From an uncultured Alphaproteobacteria bacterium (lineage in GTDB: Bacteria; Pseudomonadota; Alphaproteobacteria; Rickettsiales; UBA998): a DNA stretch of 64,000 nt. The stretch lies in assembly GCA_963803575.1 (NCBI GenBank), contig CAWDMW010000001.1, positions 272,086-336,085 of the forward strand. Reading direction: 5' to 3'. Position numbers and translations under genes: made by a program. Shown piece after piece: positions 27,672 to 37,145 of this stretch. The notes below the pieces were generated by a model. It saw nothing but the letters and a program-made list of their open reading frames with translations, did not search any database and had not been told where the DNA came from. Position 1 is the first letter of the stretch, and each line of letters starts with the position of its first letter.

Positions 27672-28260
27672 GTGACAGCCCTACAAAATAATGATCAATC
27701 ATCGAATCCGTTAACACGCGGACAGATTCCGCCCCAACCACGTCTAGCTTACCGGTCAGCCCTAGTTGGCAAATACCATGAATGCTTGCCCACAGGGTTT
27801 TTGCTGCTAACTGCGCGTTCTTTTCATTACCCGCAATAGATTGGAGTGGCGCTTCAATACAGGCGAATAAGCTTTTTATTTTATCTGAATACCAATTGGG
27901 AAGCGGCACATCAGATGAAAGTCTATGTTCGAATAATGCACTCCACCGCGTATTATGATCTTTGGCAAACCCCAGATAACAGCTAGCCAAATGTTTTATC
28001 TGAGTACGGCCTGCCAGCTCATTATCTATGCAATTCGCTATTGATTCTCTAATATCATCCAGCGTCACCGCATTAATATGTAAAATAAGCTCATCATGGC
28101 TTCCAAACACATTGTACACTGTTCCTACCGTATAACCAATTTTCTTGGCCACTTTACGAGCACTAAATTGACTAAACCCTTGCGCAGCAATAATCTCCTG
28201 CCCGGCAGCAATGACCATTGCTTTAAGTTCTTCTTGTGTATGATCGCTGCGCCTAGCCAT
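27658..28260 (-). CDS. TetR-family transcriptional regulator
   Basis: N-terminal HTH FSARKVAKKIGYTVGTVYNVFGSHDEL. Confidence 0.9.
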   Translation of the reverse strand: MARRSDHTQEELKAMVIAAGQEIIAAQGFSQFSARKVAKKIGYTVGTVYNVFGSHDELILHINAVTLDDIRESIANCIDNELAGRTQIKHLASCYLGFAKDHNTRWSALFEHRLSSDVPLPNWYSDKIKSLFACIEAPLQSIAGNEKNAQLAAKTLWASIHGICQLGLTGKLDVVGAESVRVLTDSMIDHYFVGLSHGTT

Positions 28261-28397
28261 TTCTTACCTATAATTATACATTGTCAAATTATTTATTGAA
28301 CACCGTATAATTATAGTGTACCATCCATTCAACATCAACCTTATTGTGTAGGAAAAAAACGTATGGAAACACTCATTGGCATAGGCATTAGGCTGTT

Positions 28398-28705
28398 TTG
28401 TCTGGCTTCAGCATTGGTTATGCCAAGGGTATACTTGCAGGGGTAATATTATGGACACAGAGTAAACACAGCTACATACTCGAACAGATTCCAGCAAATC
28501 GCAGACTGGTTAAGGAATTATATGCACATGAAAAAATTACGAGAGAAGCACGGGAATACGCTTTAAATCTTCTCTACCCACATAATCAGTGGGGGTTGTG
28601 GATATCACGCTTACTACTCACTATTGGGGCAGCATTGTTATTGTCGGGTATCATTTATTTCTTTGCCTTTAACTGGACAAAAATTACTCCTGTAGTTAAG
28701 CTATC
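28398..28705 (+). pseudogene. DUF2157-like membrane protein gene, 3'-truncated by IS3 insertion
   Basis: ...WGLWISRLLLTIGAALLLSGIIYFFAFNWTKITPVVKL, then the reading frame runs into the IS3 left inverted repeat at 28706. Confidence 0.6.
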
Positions 28706-28746
28706 TGAACTGCCCCGAGTATACCGGAGAAGTTTTTGTTAGAAAG

Positions 28747-29652
28747 TTACGCTGCCTTTATAACTGATTGGTCTAAGTTTTCATAGTACGATTCCTCTTT
28801 TTCGTTAGGAGTGATATATCCGAGTGGTTGCATGATGCGTTTTTGGTTGTACCAATGCACCCATTTTAGCGTTTCCCATTCGATAGACTGTGCCGTTTTC
28901 CATGGTGCTTTGTGCTTAATGACCTCTGTTTTGAACAGTCCGATGATAGATTCTGCCATGGCGTTGTCATAGCTGTCACCGACACTGCCAACAGAGGCTT
29001 CAATGCCTGCTTCAACCAGCCGTTCAGTGTAAGTGATAGAGAGATACTGACTACCACGGTCAGAATGATGAATGAGTGTATCATCGGGCAAGCGGGTTGC
29101 AATGGCTTGATTCAGTGCATCCAGCACGAACGCGGTTGTCATTGAGGTAGAGACACACGCCATCCTACTATCCTGCGGGCAAACACATCAATGATGAACG
29201 CCACATAGACCATGCCCTGCCATGTTGAGACATAGGTGAAGTCTGATACCCATAGCTGGTTTGGTCGTGTTGCCACAAACTTACGGTTTACCTTATCCCG
29301 TGGGCATGGCTGCATCATATCCGGCAGGATTGTGATGATTTTCCTGCCACGAACAACGCCCTGTAAGCGCCCAGTGTTCGCATCAATCGCTCTACCGTGC
29401 AGCGAGCGACATCCCAACCTTCACGTCTCAATGCATGCCACAGCTTGCGATACCCATATAAACCATGATTTTCCTGCCAGATGCGTGTGATTTCCTTACA
29501 AAGAAGAGTATCACGCTTTGCACGTGCGCAGCGAGAAGCAGGGTCACGCTGCTGCTGGCAATGTGCATAATAAGTGGATGGGGCATAAGCAGGTGTCTGC
29601 ATATCGACTCGACCCCATAACATTCCTTATGCACATCAATGAAGGCTACCAT
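28747..29652 (-). pseudogene. IS3 transposase OrfB, three extra frame breaks
   Basis: The DDE domain is spread over four frames/ORFs: 29428..29652, 29315..29623, 29139..29417 and 28747..29163. Recognisable pieces include ...WVSDFTYV..., ...HSDRGSQY... and ...DNAMAES.... Confidence 0.8.
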
Positions 29653-29981
29653 TTGCGATGTGGGCGGTCGAGCTCCGCCTGAGCAAAATACGCACTGGCC
29701 TTGCGTAATATCTCATTGGCTTGGCGCAATTCACGAACCTCACGCTCCAACGCTTTCATGCGTGCACGATCATCGCTTGTCATCCCGCCAGATTCGCCTG
29801 CGTCAATCGCTGCTTGCTTCACCCAACTGCGTAGCGTATCAGCGCTGCAACCAAGCTTCTCTGATAACGCCTTGTAAGCCGCATTGTCACTCGGGTAATC
29901 AGGTCGGTGTTCCTTATATAACCTGACACCGCGTTCACGGAATTCAGGCGGGTATTTTACTATATGTTTCTGCTTCATCAT
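29646..29981 (-). CDS. IS3 transposase OrfA (HTH)
   Basis: 111 aa. YPPEFRERGVRLY...LEREVRELRQANEILRKASAYFA is the leucine-zipper end typical of IS3 OrfA. Confidence 0.85.
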   Translation of the reverse strand: MMKQKHIVKYPPEFRERGVRLYKEHRPDYPSDNAAYKALSEKLGCSADTLRSWVKQAAIDAGESGGMTSDDRARMKALEREVRELRQANEILRKASAYFAQAELDRPHRKW

Positions 29982-30887
29982 AGGGTTCCTTTGTAGAGAG
30001 TTTTACTCCCCGGTAAACCCAGGGCAGTTCAGGTATTCCCTAAAAAATATTATCTAATCTCAGACCAGAGCAGATATTAACGGCTGAATGTAAATTGTGT
30101 GGTAAAAATAACCATCTAAAATATAGTCTTATGCAAGCCAAAAAGCCAATCAATTAGGTTCTGTTGAGATTTTTATTTTAGCCATTGAAGTGCGCCGACA
30201 AAATGGAGGAAAGCAGAGAAGTTTTGTTTGGTTTTATCAAACCGTGCAAATAACCTCCTGTAATGCTTTAGAAAACCAAATAAGCACTCCACTTTATGGC
30301 GCTCTTTATAAAGATTCTCATCGTAAATTTTCTCTTTTAGCCGATTTTTTCGTGGCGGAATATGCGCAGCCGCACCTGATTTTTGGACAAACTCCCGCAG
30401 CTCGTCTGAATCATACCCTTTATCAGCTAATAACGCTTGCGTATTAATTCCACTAATGATATCAATAGCTTGTGAAACATCGTGGCGCTGACCTGGCGTG
30501 ATAATAAAGCGAAGTGGGTTGCCCAAAGCATCGCAAACGGCGTGAATTTTTGTAGAGAATCCGCCGCAGGATCGCCCTAGCCCTTCATCATCTTGTTTGC
30601 TTTTGAAGGGCTGGCGCAAGCGTGGGCACGCAAAATAGTGGAGTCAATCATGATGTACTCCATATCGCGATCATTCTGAAAATAATACATCATTTTATAC
30701 CATACGCCCTTCTTTGCCCAATCCGAAAAGCGGCGATAGACCGTATTCCATGCGCCATATTCTGGCGGCAAAAGTCGCCATTGTGACCCCGAACGCGCCA
30801 TCCAAAACACCGCTTCAACAAAGCGACGACAATCAGCCTCGTTCTTGGTATATATGTTCGCAAAGTCGTTTAGATACATATAGATAG

Positions 30888-31640
30888 GGTACTGTTGTAT
30901 TAGCATAGTTTTTGTACCCACAGCATGTACAGTGAAGTTTCGACCATTTCGGGTGATTTTGAGTATCGTTTTGTTTTGCGATTGAATCTAGCAAGGTAGT
31001 TTCGGATCTGACCATTGACGGATTCTACAGTTGAGGTGAGTTTTTTTGTTTGTATAAGCAATTGTTTTGTAATGATTTTCTGGTAAACCTTCCACTCGTC
31101 TGTTGCCACGCAAAAAGGCCTGAGATGCGCCAACTTTGCCCAGAGTCGCTTCAGCGTTTTAGCGCCACGAGAGCCAATTTCGATGGCGAGAATGCGTCGT
31201 GTGAGGCGAGATACAGCAACCCATACCCATAATTTTCGGCGTTTTTTTGGGTGTAATGCCACATCTCATCAATCTCAATAATGTCCTGCGGAGGCAGTGC
31301 ATCGGGCAGTGAATTCTTGATTTTAGCCATTATATCACGACCTTCATCGCGCAGCCAATGCATCACCGTAGAGGGGCTGACACCCAGAAATCTGGCAATG
31401 CTTCGTATACCCATATTCTCTGTATATAACTGAAATGCCTGCAACTTTAATGCAGGGGGATAGCCGCGACCATGCGAGTTCGTGAAGTTATATCCACAAC
31501 CCTTGCAGCGAAAACGCTGCTTGCCTCGCATCTTACCATTCTTGAAACAAGCCGTCGAACCACAGCGTGAACAATACATAACACCTCCTTGCAATTGCAG
31601 AAATACTATATCACATAAACTATGCTAATCAAACAGTTCC
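30888..31640 (-). mobile_element. IS1-family insertion sequence (753 bp), apparently intact
   Basis: IRs GGTACTGTTGTATTAGCATAGTTT and GGAACTGTTTGATTAGCATAGTTT. An 8-bp target duplication ATAGATAG sits at 30880-30887 and 31641-31648. Confidence 0.88.
30900..31594 (-). CDS. IS1 transposase InsA/InsAB' (programmed -1 frameshift)
   Basis: Zn finger CSRCGS...CKGCGYNF plus an HTH in frame 1, and the DDE part in frame 2. An A7 slippery run (CAAAAAAAC) lies at 31242-31248. Confidence 0.85.
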
Positions 31641-31734
31641 ATAGATAGAATCCCACTGATGCTGACCAATTCGTTGTGTATAAGACATAAAACCTCCTCA
31701 ATTCCATCGATTATACACAATAAATTATAAAAAC

Positions 31735-33000
31735 TCAACAAAACCTAACAAGATTAATTTTTTCATCAACTGAATCCATAATAATTATTATTTCATGACA
31801 TATAACTAATGCGTAGCAATTAATCAAATGAAAAAGGACTTTGTCACTTTCTGTGGCATCATTTTCTCCTTGGTTTTCGTTGAATAAAGAAAGCTGCTGG
31901 ACACCATTGCTGGTGCTGAAATTGATGCCAGCCTCGGTTTCCTGCTCGCGTTCCTGCTTGATCTGTTTGAACACATCCTGCGGATTATTGCCGCGCTCAC
32001 GGATGACCTGCGCCCGTGATTTGAATCCTGCCTGCACCATCTTCTCTTCAGCGTTGGCTTCTTTCTGTGGGTCAATCCACGGCATGTTAGGCCCTTGGAA
32101 TCCTGCTTTTTTCAAAGATAGATTATTAATGCCGCCTTCTGGCACTTTGAGCTGACCCGACAGCACCGCCATTTCCACGAAGCGTTCCCAGATCGGGCGG
32201 ACGCAGCGTTCGATAAAATAATCGCGCAGCACCGCATAATTCACCGACTGCTCCACCAGCTCCTGCCGCTGCGCCGAATATGTGCCGTTGTAATCTTTGG
32301 CAATGTTTGAAAAGCTGGTGCATGTACCAGCCGCCACCGCACGAAGCTGTGAATTACGAAACTGCTCCAGCATGGTGTTAGGGCGATTGCTATCAATCAT
32401 CCCGACTTCTTCACCAGGCAGCAGATTATCGAAAATCATGCCTGGCTGCATTTTCATCAACCGGTTACCGCTATCATCCATCGCCAGCGCATTGGCAGGG
32501 CCATCAAGACTTTTGCGAATATAAGCACAAATGCTGGCAGCAACCTTTGCAGCCATGCGCTCCGATAATTCATAGTCTTTCACATCTTCCATGCGCGTCA
32601 GCACACTGGCAAAGATGGACACGCCGCGTGTTTGACCAATGCGATCCGCCATTTTCAGATGAATCACGCGCTCGGCAGTAAAACGCACCGTATCCCTGCG
32701 ACTGACAAACGTATGCAGATCACCTGGATGCTCTTTATAGAGATAATAAGCGCGTGGTCTGCGCCATGTGTTTTTCTCAACACCATGGATGATACGCTTT
32801 TTCTCATCGGTCAGATCAAACGGCAGATAATCCGCTTCAATCAGCTCCAGCGAGTAAGGCACAAGCGTCCCATGGTCGATATTCTTGGATGTGCCTTCAA
32901 TATGTTTGACCAGCACCTCACCATCAAGAAACCAGCACCGCGCCAACAAGCGCAGCATGTGATTCCAGTGATGTTCCCAAGTAACTTCGGGAAAGCGCAC
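31735..33000 (-). pseudogene. phage portal protein (lambda gpB family), body and C-terminal part
   Basis: ...DGEVLVKHIEG...YSLELIEADYLP...IIHGVEKNTWRRPRAYYLY.... Its N-terminal region lies in a different frame within 33010..33270. The 3' end runs into the IS427-like IR. Confidence 0.75.
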
Positions 33001-33009
33001 CCATTCTTC

Positions 33010-33813
33010 CTACAGCTCCTGCAGCTGATCGTTAACCTCTTTGGCAAGCTCTCCATCGGCGGTTTTTAGCTGTGGTTCAATGGTGATGCCGCGCCCGATG
33101 ACGTTATTAACCAACGTATTCAGTACGCCGCGCCCCAGATCATGATTCTCATCCAAATGACGAGCTTGCAGACGCAGTGATTCACCCGCATTTTCAACAA
33201 TGGCATCACCGCTACCTGAATCCGTATTCTTTTTACGAAAGCGCGATGGCTTCGAGGCTTCATAGGCGCGTTGTGCGTGTAGCACCAGTCGCTCACACAC
33301 CTTAGCTTCCACCACGGCTCGGTTAGCATTTCGTTTGAAGGTCTCTTTGATGCCTGGACCATGCATCATCCGCACTGGCAAACGTGATTTTCCTTTGCGC
33401 GTGTACACGGTAGTCTTGCTCGCCCCCTTGCGACGCGGAGCGATGAACGCTTTTTTGTATGTCTTACTCTTACCAAACACCTTCGTCTTAACAGGGCCAC
33501 GCTTACCGCCAGCTTGTTGGGTTGGCTTCTTGCTGCTCACCACGTACTCGATCAACTGCAGCTGACGACCCGATGCTACCAGCGTTGCCCACATCCTCTT
33601 GAAGCTGGCGCGGTGTACTGCAATGCGACGCTTGACCCCAGCCTGTCTGCTGCCCAGCTGCGGTGCAATGTGCTTCGCACTCGCCACCTTTGCACTGGCC
33701 GCCACACGGTTGATTGTCTTTACCGTCGCTTGCGGTGCTGCCTTCACCTCAAGCGCAGTTAAGCTCCGCCTCAATTTCTTGAGGTCGTGTTGAATGGTTA
33801 CGTCAAAGGACAT
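33010..33813 (-). pseudogene. chimeric ORF: lambda gpZ-like minor tail protein fused to the portal N-terminal region
   Basis: The first ~190 aa parallel lambda gpZ (...TINRVAASAKVASAKHIA...VKRRIAVHRAS...). The last ~75 aa (AYEASKPSRFRKK...ESLRLQARHLDENHDLGRGVLNTLVNNVIGRGITIEPQ) are the start of a lambda-type portal. Confidence 0.6.
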
Positions 33814-33922
33814 AGTGTTTGCTTCTTTTCTAATGATTGATATTGTGTGAGCCTATTAACCCGTGGCTCGTTAGAGAAGTTTTGTAAAAAACCTTTGTAG
33901 AGGAAGCTGAAAAATCAATAGC

Positions 33923-34822
33923 TTATGCTCCACCGAGGTTCTGAATTTGTCTACCAAGGACCACCATAACGGACTTGTCGGCACTCAAACCCCTTGAAAG
34001 CGTGAATGGAAGCGCGATAGCGGGTGTTTGAAAACCCTCATTTCGGCGGTATTCCAATGGGCGGGTAAATACTAGTTTTAGTACCAATCTCTTGTCCTCT
34101 ATGTCGTCAAAATGCCAAAGTTTCTGCGGGTTTCCGATAAAATCAAACACGGTTTGAAAACTGTTTTCAAAATCCACCGGAGCCTCGCTCGTTGTGGCCA
34201 GTTCTGCCTCCAATGATGCTTTGTCATGTTCCATTTTTGTAATCTTTGTTTCGTAGGCTCGGATCAGCGAGGTGTTTTCGGCCTCCACAATCCGATCCAA
34301 GAATTGCTCTATTTTTCGTTCTGCATCCCGAAGCTCTGTGCGAATGCTCGCATGGTGCTTGCGGTAGTTATCGTGATGCTCTTGCCAGATTTGTTTGACC
34401 GCACTTCGCGTCACATACATCAAATCTGGTGTTGGCGTTAAATCCTGCAGAAGCGTTTCAAACTCGCGTTCCATGACATCGCGCTTGATCGATTTCTTTG
34501 CGTCCGTGCATCCTTTGGTACGGCACAGGTAATACGGATATTTTGTTCCGCTTCGCCCTGCCGACCAGCATGCGGTCATTGGTTTACCGCATCCGGCGCA
34601 GGCGATGTATCCACGCAGCGGAAAATCTAAATGGATGTTGGCGCGTATGGACACATTTGCTTTTTCGCGCAAGCGCTCCTGAATTTTGTTATAGGTGTCG
34701 AAACTAATCAATCCCTCATGTTTGCCGGGCTGCAGGGTGATGCCCCATGCAGGGTATTCCATGTATCCGGTGTAAAGCATCCGCTGCAACATCTCGGTTA
34801 CCCCATGCCATCCAGTCTTTAG
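33923..34822 (-). pseudogene. large serine recombinase, C-terminal fragment (copy A)
   Basis: Recombinase domain remnant WHGVTEMLQRMLYTGY. Zn-ribbon LRGYIACAGCGKPMTACW...YPYYLCRTKGC, followed by a coiled coil. The N-terminal resolvase catalytic domain is absent. Confidence 0.8.
33961..34639. repeat. inverted-repeat arm A (679 bp)
   Basis: Reverse complement of 35452-36130. The flanks are about 80 percent identical by eye. The core of about 327 bp (~34121-34447) has a single mismatch. Confidence 0.9.
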
Positions 34823-35090
34823 TGGCGGGGCTGAAGCCTTTATCGGATACATCATCAAAATAATCGAACACGGTGCGTTTCTGAAAATTATAGTAGTCAC
34901 CATTCAGGTTGATGTTGCGGAAGATGGTTTCAGGGTTTTCAAATGACCAGTCGGAAAGCATGACCACATGCTCTCGGTCATAAGAAAATGGCTCTGGCGT
35001 TTTTGGATCAATAATCAGAGGGCCATAGGTGCCAGTTTGCTCCTGAAAGCGCGAGTGGCTGTGATACCAGTACGTTCCTGCCTGCTCTAT
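34823..35090 (-). pseudogene. multicopper oxidase CopA, internal fragment
   Basis: Own translation: ...AGTYWYHSHSRFQEQTGTYGPLIIDPKTPEPFSYDREHVVMLSDWSFENPETIF...YYNFQKRTV.... It has no start and is fused to recombinase fragment A near 34815-34822. Confidence 0.7.
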
Positions 35091-35171
35091 CTATCACCAT
35101 GCGATAGAGTGTTGCTGTTTTTGTCATGGGTCTGGTGAACTTCAGCTAACTATAGGTTATGCTAAGTCACT

Positions 35172-35440
35172 ATGAAACAACGTAAGAACAAGTATTATCG
35201 CCGTTCAAATATTTCGGAAGCTAAATTCAGACATTTATTGAAGTGTTTTGCCATGGACTTAAATGCGTATGAAGCGTTTCAACTGACTGGCATATCGCAT
35301 CGTAGTTGTAAGATTATCTATGCAAAATTGCGCCTACATATCGCTCAATATTGCATAGATAATCCTGTCTCATCAGGTGAGTTTGAACTGGATGAGTCCT
35401 ATTTCGGTGCTGAAAGAGTGCGAGGTAAACGTGGTCGTGC
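35172..35440 (+). pseudogene. IS1595-family (ISXO2-like) transposase, 5' half
   Basis: MKQRKNKYYRRSNISEAKFRHLLKCFAMDLNAYEAFQLTGISHRSCKIIYAKLR...GEFELDESYFGAERVRGKRGR. Homology stops there. Confidence 0.75.
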
Positions 35441-35451
35441 CGAACCAACCG

Positions 35452-36124
35452 AATATCCACTTGGATTTTCCATTGCGAGGGTATGTGGCCTGCGCCGGGT
35501 GCGGCAAGCCGATGACCGCATGTTGGTCGGCAGGTGCGGGTGGCACAAAATATCCGTATTATCTTTGCCGCAACAAAGGATGCGGCGATGCGAAGAAATC
35601 GATCAAGCGTGATTTGATGGAACGCGAGTTTGAGAAACTACTACAGGATTTAACGCCAACACCAGATTTGATGTATGTGACGCGAAGTGCGGTCAAACAA
35701 ATCTGGCAAGAGCATCACGATAACTACCGCAAGCACCATGCGAGCATTCGCACAGAGCTTCGGGATGCAGAACGAAAAATAGAGCAATTCTTGGATCGGA
35801 TTGTGGAGGCCGAAAACACCTCGCTGATCCGAGCCTACGAAACAAAGATTACAAAAATGGAACATGACAAAGCATCATTGGAGGCAGAACTGGCCACAAC
35901 GAGCGAGGCTCCGGTGGATTTTGAAAACAGTTTTCAAACAGTGTTTGATTTTATCGGAAACCCGCAGAAACTGTGGCACTCCGACGACATACAAGACAAG
36001 AGATTGGTGCTAAAACTGGTATTTAGCCGCCCACTTGAATATCGCCGAAAAGAGGGTTTTCAAACACCCGCTATCGCGCTTCCATTCACGCTTTCAAGGC
36101 AGTTTGCCGACAGCAAGTCGGCTA
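35452..36124 (+). pseudogene. large serine recombinase, C-terminal fragment (copy B)
   Basis: NIHLDFPLRGYVACAGCGKPMTACW...YPYYLCRNKGC..., then a coiled coil. The open frame continues to 36189 by reading antisense through tRNA-Ala. Confidence 0.8.
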
Positions 36125-36130
36125 TGGTGG
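35452..36130. repeat. inverted-repeat arm B (679 bp)
   Basis: Partner of 33961-34639. The near-identical core is ~35644-35970. The repeat ends at TGGTGG, which is the CCA end of tRNA-Ala. Confidence 0.9.
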
Positions 36131-36200
36131 AGGATAGCGGAGTCGAACCGCTGACCTCCTGCGTGCAAAGCAGGCGCTCTACCAGCTGAGCTAATCCCCC
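36125..36200 (-). tRNA. tRNA-Ala (UGC)
   Basis: Reverse complement is GGGGGATTAGCTCAGCTGGTAGAGCGCCTGCTTTGCACGCAGGAGGTCAGCGGTTCGACTCCGCTATCCTCCACCA. It has the G3:U70 pair, anticodon TGC, T-arm AGCGG-TTCGACT-CCGCT and an encoded CCA. Confidence 0.95.
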
Positions 36201-36394
36201 ACGTTCGTAGCTATTTCATACGATGTGAATGTGTTTTGCTATAGTTTGCCGATTCTGTCAAATAAAAAATGTTACTTACCCCAACATATTTTCTGCAAGC
36301 AATATCATCGTTACTCAAACAGCACCTGCTTAATCAGGATTGTATCTTTCACACACAATGCGTTACGATGTATCATCATTCAGGCAAAGGGCAT

Positions 36395-37072
36395 ATGGTG
36401 GATACAACGTATTTAGACAGTTACTGTGAGCGTCTGGGACAGACGGAATTATGGGCAGAGCCTTTCAATGCGGTATCCAATATTGCGTTTCTACTGGCGG
36501 CTATACTGACATATCGCTACATACGCAACCACAGCACATGGGACATATGGTTGCTATCCGGATTGTTGTTTGTCATTGGGTTGGGAAGCGGTGCGTGGCA
36601 CATCTATCCTAACAGCACAACATTGATGCTGGATGTGCTGCCGATTTTGCTGTTCATTAATATGTATCTGATCGTGTTTCTGCTGCGTGTCTATCGTTGG
36701 CCATGGTATGCAGCGATTGGTGCTATGGGTGTGCTGCAAGCACTCAATGCCGCCACCAGCCATATCTTCCCACCGGATACATTGCATGGCACAATATTTT
36801 ACCTGCCTACATGGCTGATGTTAGTCTGCATCACGGTATATGCACGCTTTTACCACCGATCCATCTACGTAATATTAGGACGTATTTGCCTGATCTGGAC
36901 AGCATCATTAACATTGCGAACCCTAGATATGCCACTATGTCATGTGCATACTATTGGTACACATTACTGGTGGCACCTGCTCAATAGCGTTGTGTTGTAT
37001 CAGCTTTTAAGCATAGTGATTCGACAAAACCAATCAACAAATCTCCATCCGGTGAATACTGGAGTAAAATAA
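36395..37072 (+). CDS. ceramidase-family integral membrane protein
   Basis: YCERLGQTELWAEPFNAVSNIAFLL...VIGLGSGAWHIYPNSTTLMLDVLPILLF...WWHLLNS. ATG 36395 follows AAAGGG. The track start at 36269 is less likely. Confidence 0.6.
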   Translation: MVDTTYLDSYCERLGQTELWAEPFNAVSNIAFLLAAILTYRYIRNHSTWDIWLLSGLLFVIGLGSGAWHIYPNSTTLMLDVLPILLFINMYLIVFLLRVYRWPWYAAIGAMGVLQALNAATSHIFPPDTLHGTIFYLPTWLMLVCITVYARFYHRSIYVILGRICLIWTASLTLRTLDMPLCHVHTIGTHYWWHLLNSVVLYQLLSIVIRQNQSTNLHPVNTGVK

Positions 37073-37145
37073 CCCTTGCAAGACGCATCCTTTGTCCTTT
37101 AAATAATGTCTGACTAACCATTACTGAAATACACTGAATACTATT

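Larger units (their letters stand above)
28706..30031 (-). mobile_element. IS3-family insertion sequence, decayed
   Basis: Imperfect terminal IRs TGAACTGCCCCGAGTATACCGGAGA... (28706) and TGAACTGCCCTGGGTTTACCGGGGA... (reverse complement, ending 30031). orfA is intact and orfB is broken. No matching direct repeat flanks the element (ATC on the left, GGT on the right). Confidence 0.85.
30173..31688 (-). pseudogene. IS427-like transposase (two-frame, -1 shift type) split by IS1 insertion
   Basis: Removing 30880-31640 joins MSYTQRIGQHQWDSIY (31688-31641) in frame to MYLNDFANIYTKNEADCRRFVEAVFWMARSGSQWRLLPPEYG.... The downstream frame carries LGRSCGGFSTKIH...LADKGYDS.... Confidence 0.8.
30158..31746 (-). 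mobile_element. IS5-family (IS427-like) element, interrupted by an IS1-family element
   Basis: IRs GGTTCTGTTGAGATTTTTAT (30158) and GGTTTTGTTGAGTTTTTATA (reverse complement, ending 31746), flanked by TA/TA. About 828 bp once the nested IS is removed. Confidence 0.75.

Noticed and set aside
28269-28315. Two copies of the 10-bp palindrome TATAATTATA (28269-28278, 28306-28315) between tetR and the divergent gene, as a possible TetR operator
   Set aside because: The motif is itself two overlapping TATAAT-like -10 boxes in AT-rich DNA. I cannot separate an operator from a promoter by eye, so I leave it uncalled.
33923-33965. Possible second tRNA 3' fragment flanking recombinase copy A (it shares TGGTGG with the tRNA-Ala end of copy B)
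   Set aside because: I tried to fold GCTCCACCGAGGTTCTGAATTTGTCTACCAAGGACCACCA as T-arm plus acceptor. There is no complementary T-stem and no TTCGAAT-type loop, so I do not call it a tRNA remnant.
34226-34441. Two identical 71-aa ORFs (34226..34441 + and 35650..35865 -)
   Set aside because: They are the antisense frames of the near-identical core of the inverted recombinase duplication. Their identity reflects the DNA repeat, not a conserved gene.
35172-35612. 146-aa ORF taken at face value as a gene
   Set aside because: Only the first ~88 aa are IS1595-transposase-like. The rest is an out-of-frame read-through of recombinase fragment B.
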